This document shows positions 34,098-49,289 of a stretch of 64,000 nucleotides of DNA, in pieces. The position numbers and the translations under genes were made by a program. A model generated the notes under the pieces. It did not search any database, had not been told where the DNA came from, and worked only from the letters and a program-made list of their open reading frames with translations. Origin of the DNA: the human T2T-CHM13v2.0 reference genome, Homo sapiens; the NCBI RefSeq assembly GCF_009914755.1, contig NC_060930.1, one strand, 5' to 3'. Each line of letters begins with the position of its first letter. Position 1 is the stretch's first letter.

Positions 34098-35730
34098 GAT
34101 AGCCCTTTTCTAGCTAACCTTTTGTATTTCCCTGGCCCGTAATCTGTATTTAGAATTTTTAGTAGTATTTTGACAAATATAGATGCTTTCCTAAGGCATA
34201 TCATTTTGTAAAAATTGTATTGCAAACCTTTTTCTCTTGATTTTCCCTTCCTTAGCTTCTCCCTTCCTTTCCTCCCGCCCCTTACCTCCTCACCTCTCAT
34301 TTATGGGTCTGTTTATTTTTCACCTTAAGAGTAATGATTGTTGCCTGGGACTTGTCTTATAAATTCAGTTCTTTCTAATGAGGCACTAAAGCTGTCTCCT
34401 GGCTTTTGGGTTTTCCTGAAAACTGTTAATTACCTTTGCACTTTCCTATACCCAGCTCAAAAGTAAATTGCAGAGGGAAGAGAGGAGGATGCACCTGTTT
34501 ATAAAAATGTGGTAGTTGAGCAAAATGCTTAATGGAAAATATTAACAGCATAACCTCATATAATCAACTCAATCTTGTCTAGAGTATGTTTACTGCAGTT
34601 GTAGCTGTCAAATGTTTCATGTTATATATAGACCCCTACCGTGATGCCTTTCATATCACTCTTATTTGTTGCCACTGTTTTCATTCACAACCTTAGCTCA
34701 GATCTCTGCCACATTAGCTTTTTCATTGGGCTTTTCCTGCCTCCATGTCAAATCCTTTCAATTTGTAAGTCCAACAAGCAGCTGCTGGGTTTTAATATGT
34801 CCAGAGGACTGTTAGGAGTGGGTCACTGCACACCCCTCCCAAAATTCCTCCTGAGTACAAAGTTCTTACCTACTTCCAGCCTTTTTACCATAAGCCCCAG
34901 CTTAATTTTCTAACCTTGTCAGTTGTCACCCCTGGTGATCTGTATAGTCTGCTTTCTTTTCAGCAGGTGGTACTTTTCTTACCACCCATATCTGTGCAGA
35001 GAAATCTGACCCACCTGGAAAGCTGAGACGACACCTGTCCTCTGGCATTCCTTTCCAGACCCTTCCAGCTTGCAGTGCTCCTCTGCCTTCTGTAGTTCCC
35101 GTGTCACTCGTCTGGAATTATTTTTACATTTGTGGACCCTTATTACTCTTGCCTGAGGGTAGGAACCAACTCATCCATTTCTAGGTCCCCTCAGCATACT
35201 CAAACTGCATGGCCTACAGCCTGTGCTCAGTGTGACATTCTCTTCTGGTTCTTTTCCTCGTCAATATTCTCATCTCTCCTATTGTAAAACAACAGCTACC
35301 CCAAACTCTCTCTTTACCCCAGATTCTTCTCCTTCTACAGCCATCTCTCTCTCCTTTTCTCCATAAATGGTTGTTTTAATGAGTAGCTTTGTTGATTTTC
35401 CTGATAAACAAGCTCATTCAAGAAAAAAATGCAAATAATACAGGACTTGGTGAAGGTAAAAATCTTTTAAAATGCCATCACCCAGAGATAAATTACTTTT
35501 CACTAAACATCCTCTCTCACTGCACACACATACACACACTCAATATTCATGACACACAATTTTGTATCAATGAAATCACACCTAAATGCTGTTCTATGAC
35601 CTGCTTAAAAAAATTTCAACATTATACTGGGTACATCTTTACAAGCTAGTTCTTGTTAATCCTCAGGAAAACGTTACTGAAAATGGCTGTAAAGTATTCC
35701 ATTATTCCAGTGAGTCAAAAATGATTAATA

Positions 35731-36037
35731 GGCCAAGCACAGTGGCTCTTGCCTATAATCCCACCACTTTACTAGACCGAGGTGGGAGGATCGCTTGAGC
35801 CCAGAAATTCAAGATCAGCCTGGGCAACATAGCGAGACTCTTGTCTCTACAAAAAATTTAAAAAGTTAGCCAGGCATGGTGATGAGTGCCTATAGTCCCA
35901 GATACTCAGGAGGCTGAGGCAAGAGGATTGTTTGCACCCCAGAAGTCAAGGCTGCAGTGAGCTGAGATCGTGCCACTGCAGCCTAGGTGACAAAGTGAGA
36001 CCCTGCCTCAATAATAATAATAATAATGATGATGATG
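35731..36037 (+). mobile_element. AluJ within old antisense L1M fragments
   Basis: dimer with (AAT)/(GAT) tail. Confidence 0.9.
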
Positions 36038-36514
36038 TACTCCCCCTTTAAATGAGCATTTCTGTTTTTTCTGTTTTTTTTGTTTTGTTTTGTTTTTCCT
36101 CTTATAACCAGCACTATAGTGAACATCTTTTATAGCTATCTTTAGACTCTCTTTCCTCCCTGTTATCTTTTTAGGATAAATTCTTAGAAGTGAAATCGCT
36201 GGGTCAAAGTATATTTATTCTAGGTGCTGTTAATGCCCAACTGCCCATCAAAAAGGTAATGTTGTACCTAAGTAAAGTTGTGAGTGGATTTTTCACTACC
36301 CTCACCAACATGGATGTTGTCCAGTCACCCTAATCTTTACTAGTTTTATGGCTTTATATATATGTTTACATTTATATATAATGCATTTCTTTGAAGACTG
36401 AGTTTGAAAATCATTGTGTAAGTTAACGCCTGTGTGTGTGTGCACGTGCACACACTTATGTGTTTTCCTTCAATTAGACTGAAGTCTTCTGGGGACCTGA
36501 GCCTAAATAATTTC

Positions 36515-36773
36515 AGGTGGATCACTTGAGATCAGGAGTTCGAGACCACCCTGGCCAACATGGCAAAACCCTTTCTGTACTAAAAATACAAAAAATTAGC
36601 TGGGTGTGGTGGCAGGCGCCTGTAATCCCAGCTACTCGGGAGGCTGAGGCAGGAGAATCGCTTGAACTTGGGAGGTGGAGGTTGCCTGGATTGCACCACT
36701 GCACTCCAGCCTGGGTGATGGAGTGAGACTCTGTCTCAAAAACAACAACAACAAAAAAAAAAAAAAAAAAAAA
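36515..36773 (+). mobile_element. AluS, 5'-truncated
   Basis: starts at caggtggatcacttgag. Confidence 0.9.
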
Positions 36774-36774
36774 G

Positions 36775-37408
<634 letters not shown>

Positions 37409-37727
37409 TTCTGAGGGAGAATCCACCCCACCTTCCTCCTAGCTTCTGGTGGTTGCTGGCAATCTTTGGCGTTCCCTAGCTTGCAGATGCAGCACTCCAA
37501 TCCCTGCTTTCATCTTCTTAGGGTGGTCTCCCTATGTACATGTCTCTGTGTCCTAATTTCCCCATTCTATAAGACACAAGTCACATTGGATTAGGACTCA
37601 CAGTAATGACCTCATCTTAATTTGATCATCTTCAAAGACCCTATTTGCAAATAAGTTCACATTCTGAGATAATAGGAGTTAGAACTTCAGCTTATCCTTT
37701 TGGGGGGCACCCAATTCAATCCATAAC
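37409..37727 (-). mobile_element. MLT1C-like MaLR LTR (partial)
   Basis: agcttctggtggttgctggcaatc...aattcaatccataaca. Confidence 0.8.
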
Positions 37728-38521
37728 AGCAACCCGTTAAGCTCCCACATTGTTTCAAATAGTTTATTTGACTTTCTTGGATCTTTGGGATATGTAATAT
37801 ATACATTGGAAATCATTTTGTTGGTTTTCTACTTTGTAAAGTCTGTAACTTGAATTTTGCTCCCTTGTCTAATTTTGTTTTACTTTAACCTCCTTGAAAG
37901 ATCTGACTACACTTATGATTTCTATTTCTTGACTCCTGGGTCTTTGCCACCCACTGAAACCACTGTGTTCTGTACCATTAACCACTAGCCTGAGTTATGG
38001 AACGCTTATAGAAGTTCTTGTTGGCAGAGCTCTAATCTAAACTGAATAAGCACCTTACCTTACCTGTAGGGAATTAGGCTTAAAAATTGAAAGACCACTC
38101 AGTCTCACTGGCCCACGTTGGAGTATCTGCCTTGGCCCTGTGAACTGGAGCTCATCCCATTCAGAGACGGTTCTGCCGGTGCCCTGGTTACCTTGGCTCA
38201 TACGTGGCTAGGAAGAGCCCCAGAGGAACGGTGGTCACTGCCTGCTCCCCAGCCTCCCATCCACCCCCATGGTCACTGTCCGCATGGTCACTGTCCTTGC
38301 TCTGTGTTTTCATGGTGGACTACTTATACTTTTTATTTAATAGAGTTTCTTTAAATCGGAGATTATTAGATTTTTTTTCCCTAATCTCGCATCCCAAATT
38401 TCAAATTCAGGCATGCTATATAAGTTTTTCCTCCCTTGCCTATACCTTTTAATCTTACATAGCCATTGCTGTAGGTCTAGAGAATTTATTTAACAGCATA
38501 TTGTTTCATTAAAAAAAATTT

Positions 38522-38823
38522 GGCCAGGAGCAGTGGCTCACACCTGTAATCCCAGCACTTTGGGAGGCTGAGGTGGATAGATCACCTGAGGTCAGGAGTT
38601 TGAGATCAGCCTGGTCAACATGGTGAGACCCTGTCTCTACTAAAAATACAAAAATTAGCCAGGCATGGCGGCGTATGCCCATAATCCCAGCTACTCGGGA
38701 GGCTGAGGCAGGAGAATCGCTTTAACCTGGCGGTGGAGTGAGCCAAGATCGCACCATTGCACTCCAGCCTGGGCGATAGAGTGAGACTCTGTCTAAAAAA
38801 AAAAAAAAAGAAAGAAAGAAAAA
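38522..38823 (+). mobile_element. AluS
   Basis: full dimer. Confidence 0.95.
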
Positions 38824-39089
38824 GTAATTTTTACTCTAAAGGTGTTACTTCTTGTTTACTTTTCCTTTTAAATCTCATCTTTATTCTCATCCTTTAAAGA
38901 TTATCTAAGTCTCACCAGAAAATTTCTGCATACCAAAAATATAGTGTTTACTAATCAAGTATAACAACATTATACTTTTGTAAAGTAATGTCTTATGTTA
39001 CCAATTTGGATGATTTTTCTAAACATTGTTTTCAGGCACTGTTAGTCCAGTTAATGGTGAGAGTTTAGGCTTAAAAACTGTCAACTTGT

Positions 39090-39392
<303 letters not shown>

Positions 39393-39497
39393 ATTTTCAA
39401 TTTGTAATGGCATAGATGAAAGAGAAACAGGTGGCAGTGTTTATGTGTCAAACTTCTCCAAATAGACGACTGTCTCACCTTTTGAAACCCTGTCTCA

Positions 39498-39528
<31 letters not shown>

Positions 39529-39834
39529 CAAAACACCTGAAAACTTACTGGGTCTTGTTCAGTGACACCCTCCCAGGATAGCCTGTGCCTAGAGTGTGAA
39601 CACACTGCCTATAGATTCTTCCAGAAAACCTCACAGTGAAGGGTGTTGATGGACAAGAGAGCTGTGTGTGATGCTACACAGCTCACCCAACTTCTTTTAT
39701 CTTTTTTCCCACATCTCTGTAGCTGTCATTAGCTTGAGGTAGAGAAAAAATGTTCAGAATGTACAGTGATCCCTAAACAAATTATTAACAGAGGTCATAA
39801 AGGCATTTCAATCTGAGGATATCTAACATGAATA

Positions 39835-40114
<280 letters not shown>

Positions 40115-40174
40115 TTTCTCATCTTTTTAAATCTGAAAACTGCCCACTACAGTGTTGCACTGGATGTAGTCCAG

Positions 40175-40335
40175 TGTGCACATCCACCCACAGTGAAAGT
40201 GAAACCAACCATGAGTTGAATGAAGTATTATGGGAGTGTTTGTGGGAAGCCTGACAAACCTAAAGTTTGCCTCTCATTTTCTAGTGTAGTAGTGGATTCT
40301 TGGTACGGTTATAAGCTGTTCTAGACAGTGCGAAA
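40175..40335 (+). repeat. Copy 1 of 161-bp direct duplication (partner 41219-41379)
   Basis: 152/161 identical by manual alignment. Confidence 0.95.
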
Positions 40336-41218
40336 TCTAGTGTTGATTTCACTTTGATTTGAAATTATTTGTGTTTTTACTTTGGCTCCTTTACAGCCAG
40401 AGTAAAACTTAACTTATATTCTTGTATTCCAAGTTTAACTTATTTTCCAAGTTTAGCTTAACCTATATTCTTGACCTGATCAGAATTTTTGGACTTTGGG
40501 TCAACCATAAAGAGGCTCAATATATAATGAGAAATTTGTCTCACTTTAAGTTGTCAGAAAGCAGCACCCAAAACGCTCTATGTAAAACATGAATAGATGC
40601 ATGAAAATACAACTTATTTAAGAAACAAACCCAAGGAGCCCAAACCTAAAATCTGGACCTTTCTTACTTAAGCAAAAATATCAGAGTCATGCACGTATGA
40701 CTCTTATTCCATGACTGTCTTCAAATTGACTCATCACATCCCTGTTTTCAAATTAAATAGTTGCCATATTCTAAATTCTGTTTATGAAGTTAGGAGGTAA
40801 ACAGAAAACAATCTAAAACCTGCTTATTTCAATTGATTCTGTTTGTTAGCATATCTGTACTGGCATGAATATGATTGGAACATGCAGAGTTGTAGCACAC
40901 CCTTATTTCTGGTTGATTGCCAAAAATAAAGACATCAAAGAAAATAGAAAAACTGGGCAACAAATCATAACTGCATAGGTTTTTAAATTTAGTAGTTATT
41001 CTAGATCTCTCTCCATAGCTTTTCTGAATGAAACTGTCCCTCTCACAGCCCCCAGCCTCCCACTGTCCTAGATAGATGAGGTGATTGTTCTCACCACCTT
41101 TGGATTTGTACATGTGTGGCATTGTTTTCATAGGACAGATTCCCAGATGTGGAAATGCTCAAAGAGAGTGAACATTTAACAAATACTGCCAGATTGTCCT
41201 CCAGAAAGGTTGTACCCA

Positions 41219-41379
41219 TGTGCACATCCACCCACAGTGAAAGTGAAACCAACCATGAGTTGAATGAAGTATTATGGGAGTGTTTGTGGGAAGCCTGACA
41301 AACCTCAAGTTTGCCTGCCATTTTCTAGTACAGTAGTGGATTCTTGGTATGGCTATAAGCTGTTTTAGACAGTGTGAAA
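41219..41379 (+). repeat. Copy 2 of 161-bp direct duplication (probable source, contiguous with an L1M fragment)
   Basis: continues tactgccagattgtcctccagaaaggttgtacc (antisense L1M). Confidence 0.95.
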
Positions 41380-41547
41380 CAATTTACAGGTATCTTTAGC
41401 AAAGAACATTTTCATAGGTACTTTTACATGAAAAGTGTTATAATATTAAAGAATCTTTTAAAATAATGCATAATGCCACTCTTGATACATTTTCATCTTT
41501 TGTAGATTATCATCTACATGTGAATATATTTTACCAGTTATAATTAA

Positions 41548-41865
<318 letters not shown>

Positions 41866-42334
41866 AATATGTGTGTATTTTTATCTTTGACTTTTTCCAC
41901 AAAACTGTCTTATAAGCTGTTTCCTGTTTCTCCATATCTTTCATCATGGCTATTTAAAAGCTGCATGTTGTATTTTGTTATTATACCATACTTTGTTAAT
42001 TCAGTTCTTAATATTGAATATTTAATATAAAACTAGATACTTAAACTGCATGTTCTTAAGTGATAAGGTTGATTGGTTTGATGTGGTTATAAAAGTAATA
42101 CAGTGCTTATAGAAAAATTTGGAAGACACAAAAAAATAGGATGACACATACAAATCGTCCTGTAACTCCTGTTAATAAATTCTGTGAGCATTAGGATGTA
42201 TTTCCTTCCTGTCTTTTCTTAATATTTTATTTTCTTGTTTTATAGTCTGCAACCATGCTATTTGTGAACAACATTCATTTTTACATGTTTTAAACTCTTT
42301 TCAAATATCATTTTTCCTTTTTTAAAAAATATGA

Positions 42335-42641
<307 letters not shown>

Positions 42642-42887
42642 GGTGAAAGGTTTTTTTTCTTCTGGTGAAAGTAATTTGAAATTGTTACTGTAAATTGAGA
42701 AATAATCCCAGTCATCTATAATTCCATCACCTAGAGGCAAACATCATGAATAATTTGGTTTATTACCTTCACATATTTTTCTCTTAAAAAAAAATTTGAG
42801 ATCATACACCATCATTGTTTCTTAATTAGGGGGTGGTCATGGACCTTTTTAAAAATCTGAAAAAATCCAAATTAAGAATTCTTTTTT

Positions 42888-43231
<344 letters not shown>

Positions 43232-43538
43232 TTAAAAAAAAGAAAAAATAGAAGTCTTACCATATACATACATTGATACCCACCCTTTCCCCCTATTAAA
43301 CGTGATAAAGTAGGCATTTCTGTATAATTATGAACTCATAAATATGCACATTTTCTGATTATTGTGCATTGAATTATCTCTGTCCTCAAATTCATATGTT
43401 GAAGTCCTAATCCCCAGCACCTCAGATTGTGACCTTATTTAGAGATGGGATCTCTACAGAGCTAATCAAGCTAAAATGAGGTCAGTAGAGTGGACCTTGA
43501 TCCAATATGATTGGTGTCTTTATAAAAGGAGGAAATTC

Positions 43539-43831
43539 GCTAGGCACGGTGGTTCATGCCTGTAGTCCCAACTACTCAGGAGGCTGAGGTGTGAGGATGG
43601 CTTGAACCCAGGGGTTCTGGGCAGTAGTGTGCTATGCCAATTGGGTGTCCAAACCAGCATCAATATGATAACCTCTCAGGAGTGGGGGACCACCAGGTTG
43701 CCTAAGGAGGGATGAAGTGACCCAGGTCAGAAATGGAGCAGGTCAAAACTCCCTTGCTGATCAGTAGTGGGATAGCACCTATGAATAGCCACTGCACTCT
43801 AGTCTGGGCAACATAGTGAGACCCTGTCTCT
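43539..43831 (+). pseudogene. Full-length 7SL (SRP RNA) processed pseudogene (RN7SL-P type)
   Basis: Alu domain plus S domain: gaccaccaggttgcctaaggaggg, ccaggtcagaaatggagcaggtcaaaactccc, gctgatcagtagtgggat; A tail. Confidence 0.93.
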
Positions 43832-43832
43832 A

Positions 43833-44170
<338 letters not shown>

Positions 44171-44419
44171 GAGGAAAAATACTTAATTAAAAAAAAATTT
44201 TTTTTAAAAGAAATGAGACATACATAGAAGGAATATGAGGTGAAGAGACATAGAGAAGATGGCCATTTACAAGCTAAGAAGAGGGGCCTGAAAAGATGTT
44301 TCCCTCACAGCCCTCGGAAGTAGCCTACCCTGCTGACACCTTTATTTCAGATTTCTAGCATCCAGAACTGTGAGACAGTAAGTCTCTGTTGTTTAAGCCA
44401 CCCAGTTTACATAATGCAG

Positions 44420-44650
44420 ACATTTGGATGAATATTTACTTTGTGCTAGGCATTGCACTAGGTTTAGGAATACTAAGTCAAAGAAGTCAAGTTCTCTGTC
44501 TCGAAGGTACCTAGATTGGCATGTGCATAAAGAACCCTGGGGTTGTGCAATTTTGGGCGATAAACAGGGCATCATGGGAGGCTAGGTTAGGCAAGGGTCA
44601 GGGAAGATTTCCCGGGGATGTATCACTTGAGCTGAATTTTGAAGAACCAC
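44420..44650 (-). mobile_element. L2 3' end
   Basis: atttactttgtgctaggcattgcactaggt...cttgagctgaattttgaag. Confidence 0.65.
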
Positions 44651-44983
44651 TGGGAGCTTACTTAACTATTTTTCTGTTATTGGACACTAGGATGTTTCCG
44701 GTTATTCATTTTTACAAATGAGAACTTCCCTGTGTTTTTGGATTATTTCTTTAGGATAGATTCTCAGCAACGTACCACTACTGAGACAAGAATATGAAAC
44801 CAGAAACATCATTTGAAGGCAGCATAATATTCTACCAGATGGAGCTTTCCTGGCTCATTGAATCATCTTCTTTTATTGGATAGCAGTCCCCCTAATGTTC
44901 TGTTTCCAGTGTTTTGTTATTATAAATAGTGCTGTAGCATACATTTTTTGCGTAAAGCCTTTTTCCATAATTAGAATTATTTC

Positions 44984-45176
44984 TTTTTTTATTTTTTATT
45001 TTTATTTATTTATTTATTTATTTATTTATTATTATTATACTTTAAGTTTTAGGGTACTTGTGCACAATGTGCAGGTTAGTTACATATGTATACATGTGCC
45101 ATGCTGGTGTGCTGCACCCATTAACTCATCATTTAACATTAGGTATATCTCCTAATGCTATCCCTCCCGCCTCCCC
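44984..45176 (-). mobile_element. L1PA 3' end, 5'-truncated
   Basis: tatactttaagttttagggtac..tgcacaatgtgcagg; TSD tagaatt(a/g)tttc. Confidence 0.93.
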
Positions 45177-46060
45177 TAGAATTGTTTCTTTAGTGATTGA
45201 ATCATAGAAATAGAATTACAGTATGAAAAAGGTTTACTTACTTTTCAAAAATACTGACATTCTCAGTAATAATCAAGTGAAATTTATTAACAAATTAATT
45301 TGATTTATTATAGTCTTTATATTGTTTGGGGTGTGTTAAAACAGTTTAATACTTCCTGCTTTTAAAGACTGAAACTTTCCTAGAAAGTAAAGTTTGGTTT
45401 GTATCACGTGTGATGAAGAACCCCTTTTCTTTAAGTTCCTCCTCCACCTAAAAGAAACTTGCTTTATAAAGGGCACAATACTGTCACAAACTTGCCCACA
45501 CAATTTCTGTGCTGGTTTCTCACCAGCTGGTGTGTATATTGCATCGGCCTCTGTTCATACTCTCCTAGATTGTTGTCTGTCTGAAAGGTAACTATCCCAG
45601 AAGATCAGCCTTCCAAGTGAGCTATTTCTGTTCTATTTTGTGTGTCTTTCAAAATGACTCCTGCATTCTCCACCAGACTCAAAATCCCATTTATGTTGGC
45701 AGCATATCTACTGTAATAGAGTAACAGAGAACTGCAGTTATGGTGACACATGGGAATAGGGGCGCATGAAGGAGCCAGGTCAGGAATGACAGGGTGCTCT
45801 GTCCCAGTGAGGGGAGGGTTTGCCAGCAAGGATTGTATTGTTCCCTTCATCTCAAAAGTGAGTATGAGTACATTTTAGTCACTTAACAAAGTAATAAACA
45901 TCAAGGGCTACTTATATATTTTGTATATTTTTTATATATTTTATATATTTTTTGTATATTTTGTATATATAGTTTTGTATATTTTTAAAAAAGATATCCT
46001 CCTCACTAATTACTTTTTAAAAATTTTACTTTTAAAAATCAGAAAAAAAAAATGCAAAGT

Positions 46061-46365
46061 TGGCTAGAAATAGTGGCTCATGCCTTGGCACTTTGGGAGG
46101 CCAAGGCAGGAGGATCACTTGAGGCCAGGAGTTTGAGACCAGTCTGGGCAACATAGTGAGACCACATCTCTACATTTTTTTTTTGTTTTTTTTTGCTGGG
46201 CATGGTGGTGCATGCCTGTAGTTTCAGCTACTTGAGAGGCTGAGGTGGGACGATCACTTGAGCCCAGGAGGTTGAGGCTACAGTGAGCCATCATTGTGCC
46301 ACAGCACTTCAGCCTGGGTGACAGAGTAAGACCCTGTCTCAAAAAAAAAAAAAAAAAAAAAAATA
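46061..46365 (+). mobile_element. AluJ
   Basis: dimer with partly T-rich linker. Confidence 0.9.
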
Positions 46366-46703
46366 GAAGAAGAAGAAGAAGCAAAGTTATATGTATTTTA
46401 AATATTATAGGAGCACACAATGTAGAAAGTGTAAGTATCCCATAATCCTACCCCACAAAGATAACCCACCATGGTCTGCAGTTTAGGACATATTTCTCTA
46501 AATTTTTTCCTTGCATTTAAAAAATACAGTGATGCTCAACTTCGTTAACAAAAAATGAAATACAAAGTAAACAAAAATGAGCATTCCCCACTTTAGCTCT
46601 TAAAGATAAAACAAAAACGTAAAAACAGTAGTTATATCCATGTTGGTGGCCACATAGCAAAATGGGTACTCTCATACAATGTTGGTAGGAATATAAATTG
46701 GTT

Positions 46704-46926
46704 CAAATTGAACATCTCAAACCTGAAAATCTGAAATGCTCCAAAATCCAGAAATTTTTGAGTGCCAACATGACGCTCAAAGGAAATGCTTATTGGAGAA
46801 TTGTAGATTTTGGATTTTGGGATTTGATATGTTCAAAGTATAATACAAATATTCCCCAACCCCCCAAAATTCAAAATCGGAAACACTTCTGATTCTAAGC
46901 ATTTCAAATTAAAGGATACTCAACCG
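46704..46926. mobile_element. Tigger4a-like MITE inside a sense L1M fragment
   Basis: aaaatctgaaatgctccaaaatc...tttttgagtgccaacatgacgctcaaagg...ggatactcaacc. Confidence 0.82.
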
Positions 46927-47040
46927 TATAATCTATTTAGAGGGCAATTTGTCAGTAATGATCAAAATTTTATGTGTAACACATGTCATGTGCATTTCCT
47001 CTGTTGACTTTAGAAAAAGAGGAATGTTGATAGCTGTTTT

Positions 47041-47245
47041 ATAATAATGTTATTAGCAATAGTGATCGTGGTAGTGGCAGGAATACTGCTGGTTGTGCTG
47101 CTTGCAGTGGTGGTACGGCTGGCAGTGCTGGTGGTACTGCTGCTGCTGCTGGTGGTGGTACTGCTGCTGGTGGTGGTACTATTGGCAGTGCTGATACTGT
47201 ACCACTGATAGCACTGGTACTGGTGGTACTGGTGGTGCTGGTGAT
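47041..47245. repeat. Cryptic triplet repeat (GTG/CTG/GTA)n
   Basis: ggtggtactgctgctgctgctggtggtggtactgctgctggtggtggt. Confidence 0.85.
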
Positions 47246-49289
47246 TTGAGCATTCACTGCCTTCTACTATGTGATGAAGCTTAACAAAGTCACATCCAAG
47301 TCTGCTTTGTACCCAGAACAGTGCCAGAGGGCAGTGTGGGTCAAAGCACCTCTTTTGATTCTCTCATAACATAGACAGAAAGATGAGCTTTCCAGGAGGA
47401 AAGATTTTTACCATTGCCCCTCATAAGGTGGAAATAGCTGGTGTCCATCCAAGCCCCTGCTCACACACTCAGAAGGCACTTCCTAGGAACTCCTTCCCCG
47501 CCTTTGCTTCTAAGTCCCAGACCAGCAGTGAGATTCTGCCCTTTGAAATATTTATAACATTCAATTCACTATAAAACACTTTGTAAATGTAAGTGCTGTA
47601 AGTGGCCCAAATTATATCAGCAGCTTTTTGAGAAATGGGAAAAGGAAAAGGAATTTAAGGGAATGGGATCCAGTGAGCCAACCTTGCTATTTTCAAACCA
47701 AAATAAATGGCCGTAGATCTGCATTTTATAATTTCAGAAATGACTAATGCTTGGACTATTTTTGAGCATTATAAGAGTGGCTTCATCCCAGTATAAATCA
47801 TTCTTTCTACATTACACAGATTATGTTGCTTTTTAAATCAATTTTTTTATTTCATAGTCATTTTGTTTCCAGGTCTAAAAATCCTGAAATTCCTTTCTTA
47901 AGGGGGTCCCTTTGTATCAGCCACTAAGGAAGTCATTGAAACCTAACTGGCTTCTCCCAGCACCCACTACGTAGGCTACCCTCTCCCCAGTCCTGCAGGA
48001 AAGGCCCCTTGCCCACAAATGCACAGGGGCCAGAATTTTTCATTGTTGGAAATTCTCCCCACCTTGTGTAGATACTGTCTCCATCTAATCATCACTCCTT
48101 TGTTCTGCTGTTTGGAACCCCCAGAATAAATCTACTCTTTGTATCCTTCATGTATTGAGGATGGTCATACCCCTACTCCCACCCTCAAATGATTTCTTCC
48201 TCATTGGACAGGATTCCTGGAAGTTACCCTCCTGGTTACCTACTCCACTAGGTAGAATAGTACACAGACTGTCTATTCTCCCGAGTCCCCACCAACTTGT
48301 TCATAATAATGTATTTCTGATAATGAATCCTAAAATTGAGTTTGTTAACTTGTTTTTGGCACCCACATCACACCATTGTCTCATATTGATCTATAAACAA
48401 ACCAAAACTCCAGACCAGTTGCTTTTTGAGCCTAAGTGCAAGATGTAACATGCTTCTCTGAAATGTTGTCTTTTTTCCTTTGGGCTCATTCTTTCCAGAC
48501 CCAGACATCTTTTGGAATTCTGATTCTGTCCAGTGGGTCTTATCTAAAGCATTCCTCTCTCCCAGCACAGTGTCCTTGGATGACTTGAAAAGCCCGCCTG
48601 GTAGATTGCTGATGTATTTACTTAGGCCCAGGGCTCTGAAGAGGGTGACAAATCTCTCATAACGAGTTTGCCAAATGCATGCTGGCAGCCCACGGATTCA
48701 AGGCTCCTTAGAGAAGGCAGAAGAACAAAACCTAGGGCCTGGCTGTCAGAGGGTGCCACAGCTGCTGGGGTGGAGAATCTGCTGGGGTGGAGGATTGGAA
48801 GAGTTTTGGTTTGGCCATTGACATGTAAATGTCAGAGAGGCCTGAGGCTGTTCCCCAGTGGACCCTCCCGCCTTCCCACACAAAGCCCTGGCTCTGTGAG
48901 GGCCATGGCTTTGCCTTTGTGAGGCCTGGGCCATCCCAGCTGCAGAGGGAAGTCCCCGTAAGTATTCACTCTTGTAAAACTGTTCCATTTTGCACTGTGG
49001 TTGTCGACAGCAAGCTTCTCCCAGCTGCATGGAGTGGGAGTGTTCTCTTTGGAATGCGCTCTTTTCTGGATATAGACATAGGTCCTTTAAAGGTTTTTGA
49101 AATGAAAATGAATACTACTAGGTGATTATTAATTTGAATTATGTAAGGAGAGAAACAGAGAGATATATTTGTGCACGTGTATGTGCATTTACAAGAACAA
49201 GATTAGCTACAAGGTTCAAAGGACTTTTTGAATTTTACCTGATATTTCTGAAGGATAATTTTATTTTTGGCATTGTGTTTTCTGTAGTC

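Noticed and set aside
45405-45590. GTGATGA ... CTGA, possible C/D box snoRNA
   Set aside because: Boxes ~170 nt apart with no terminal stem and no recognisable guide.
45914-45990. (TATATTTT)-like low-complexity tract
   Set aside because: Ordinary AT-rich simple repeat.
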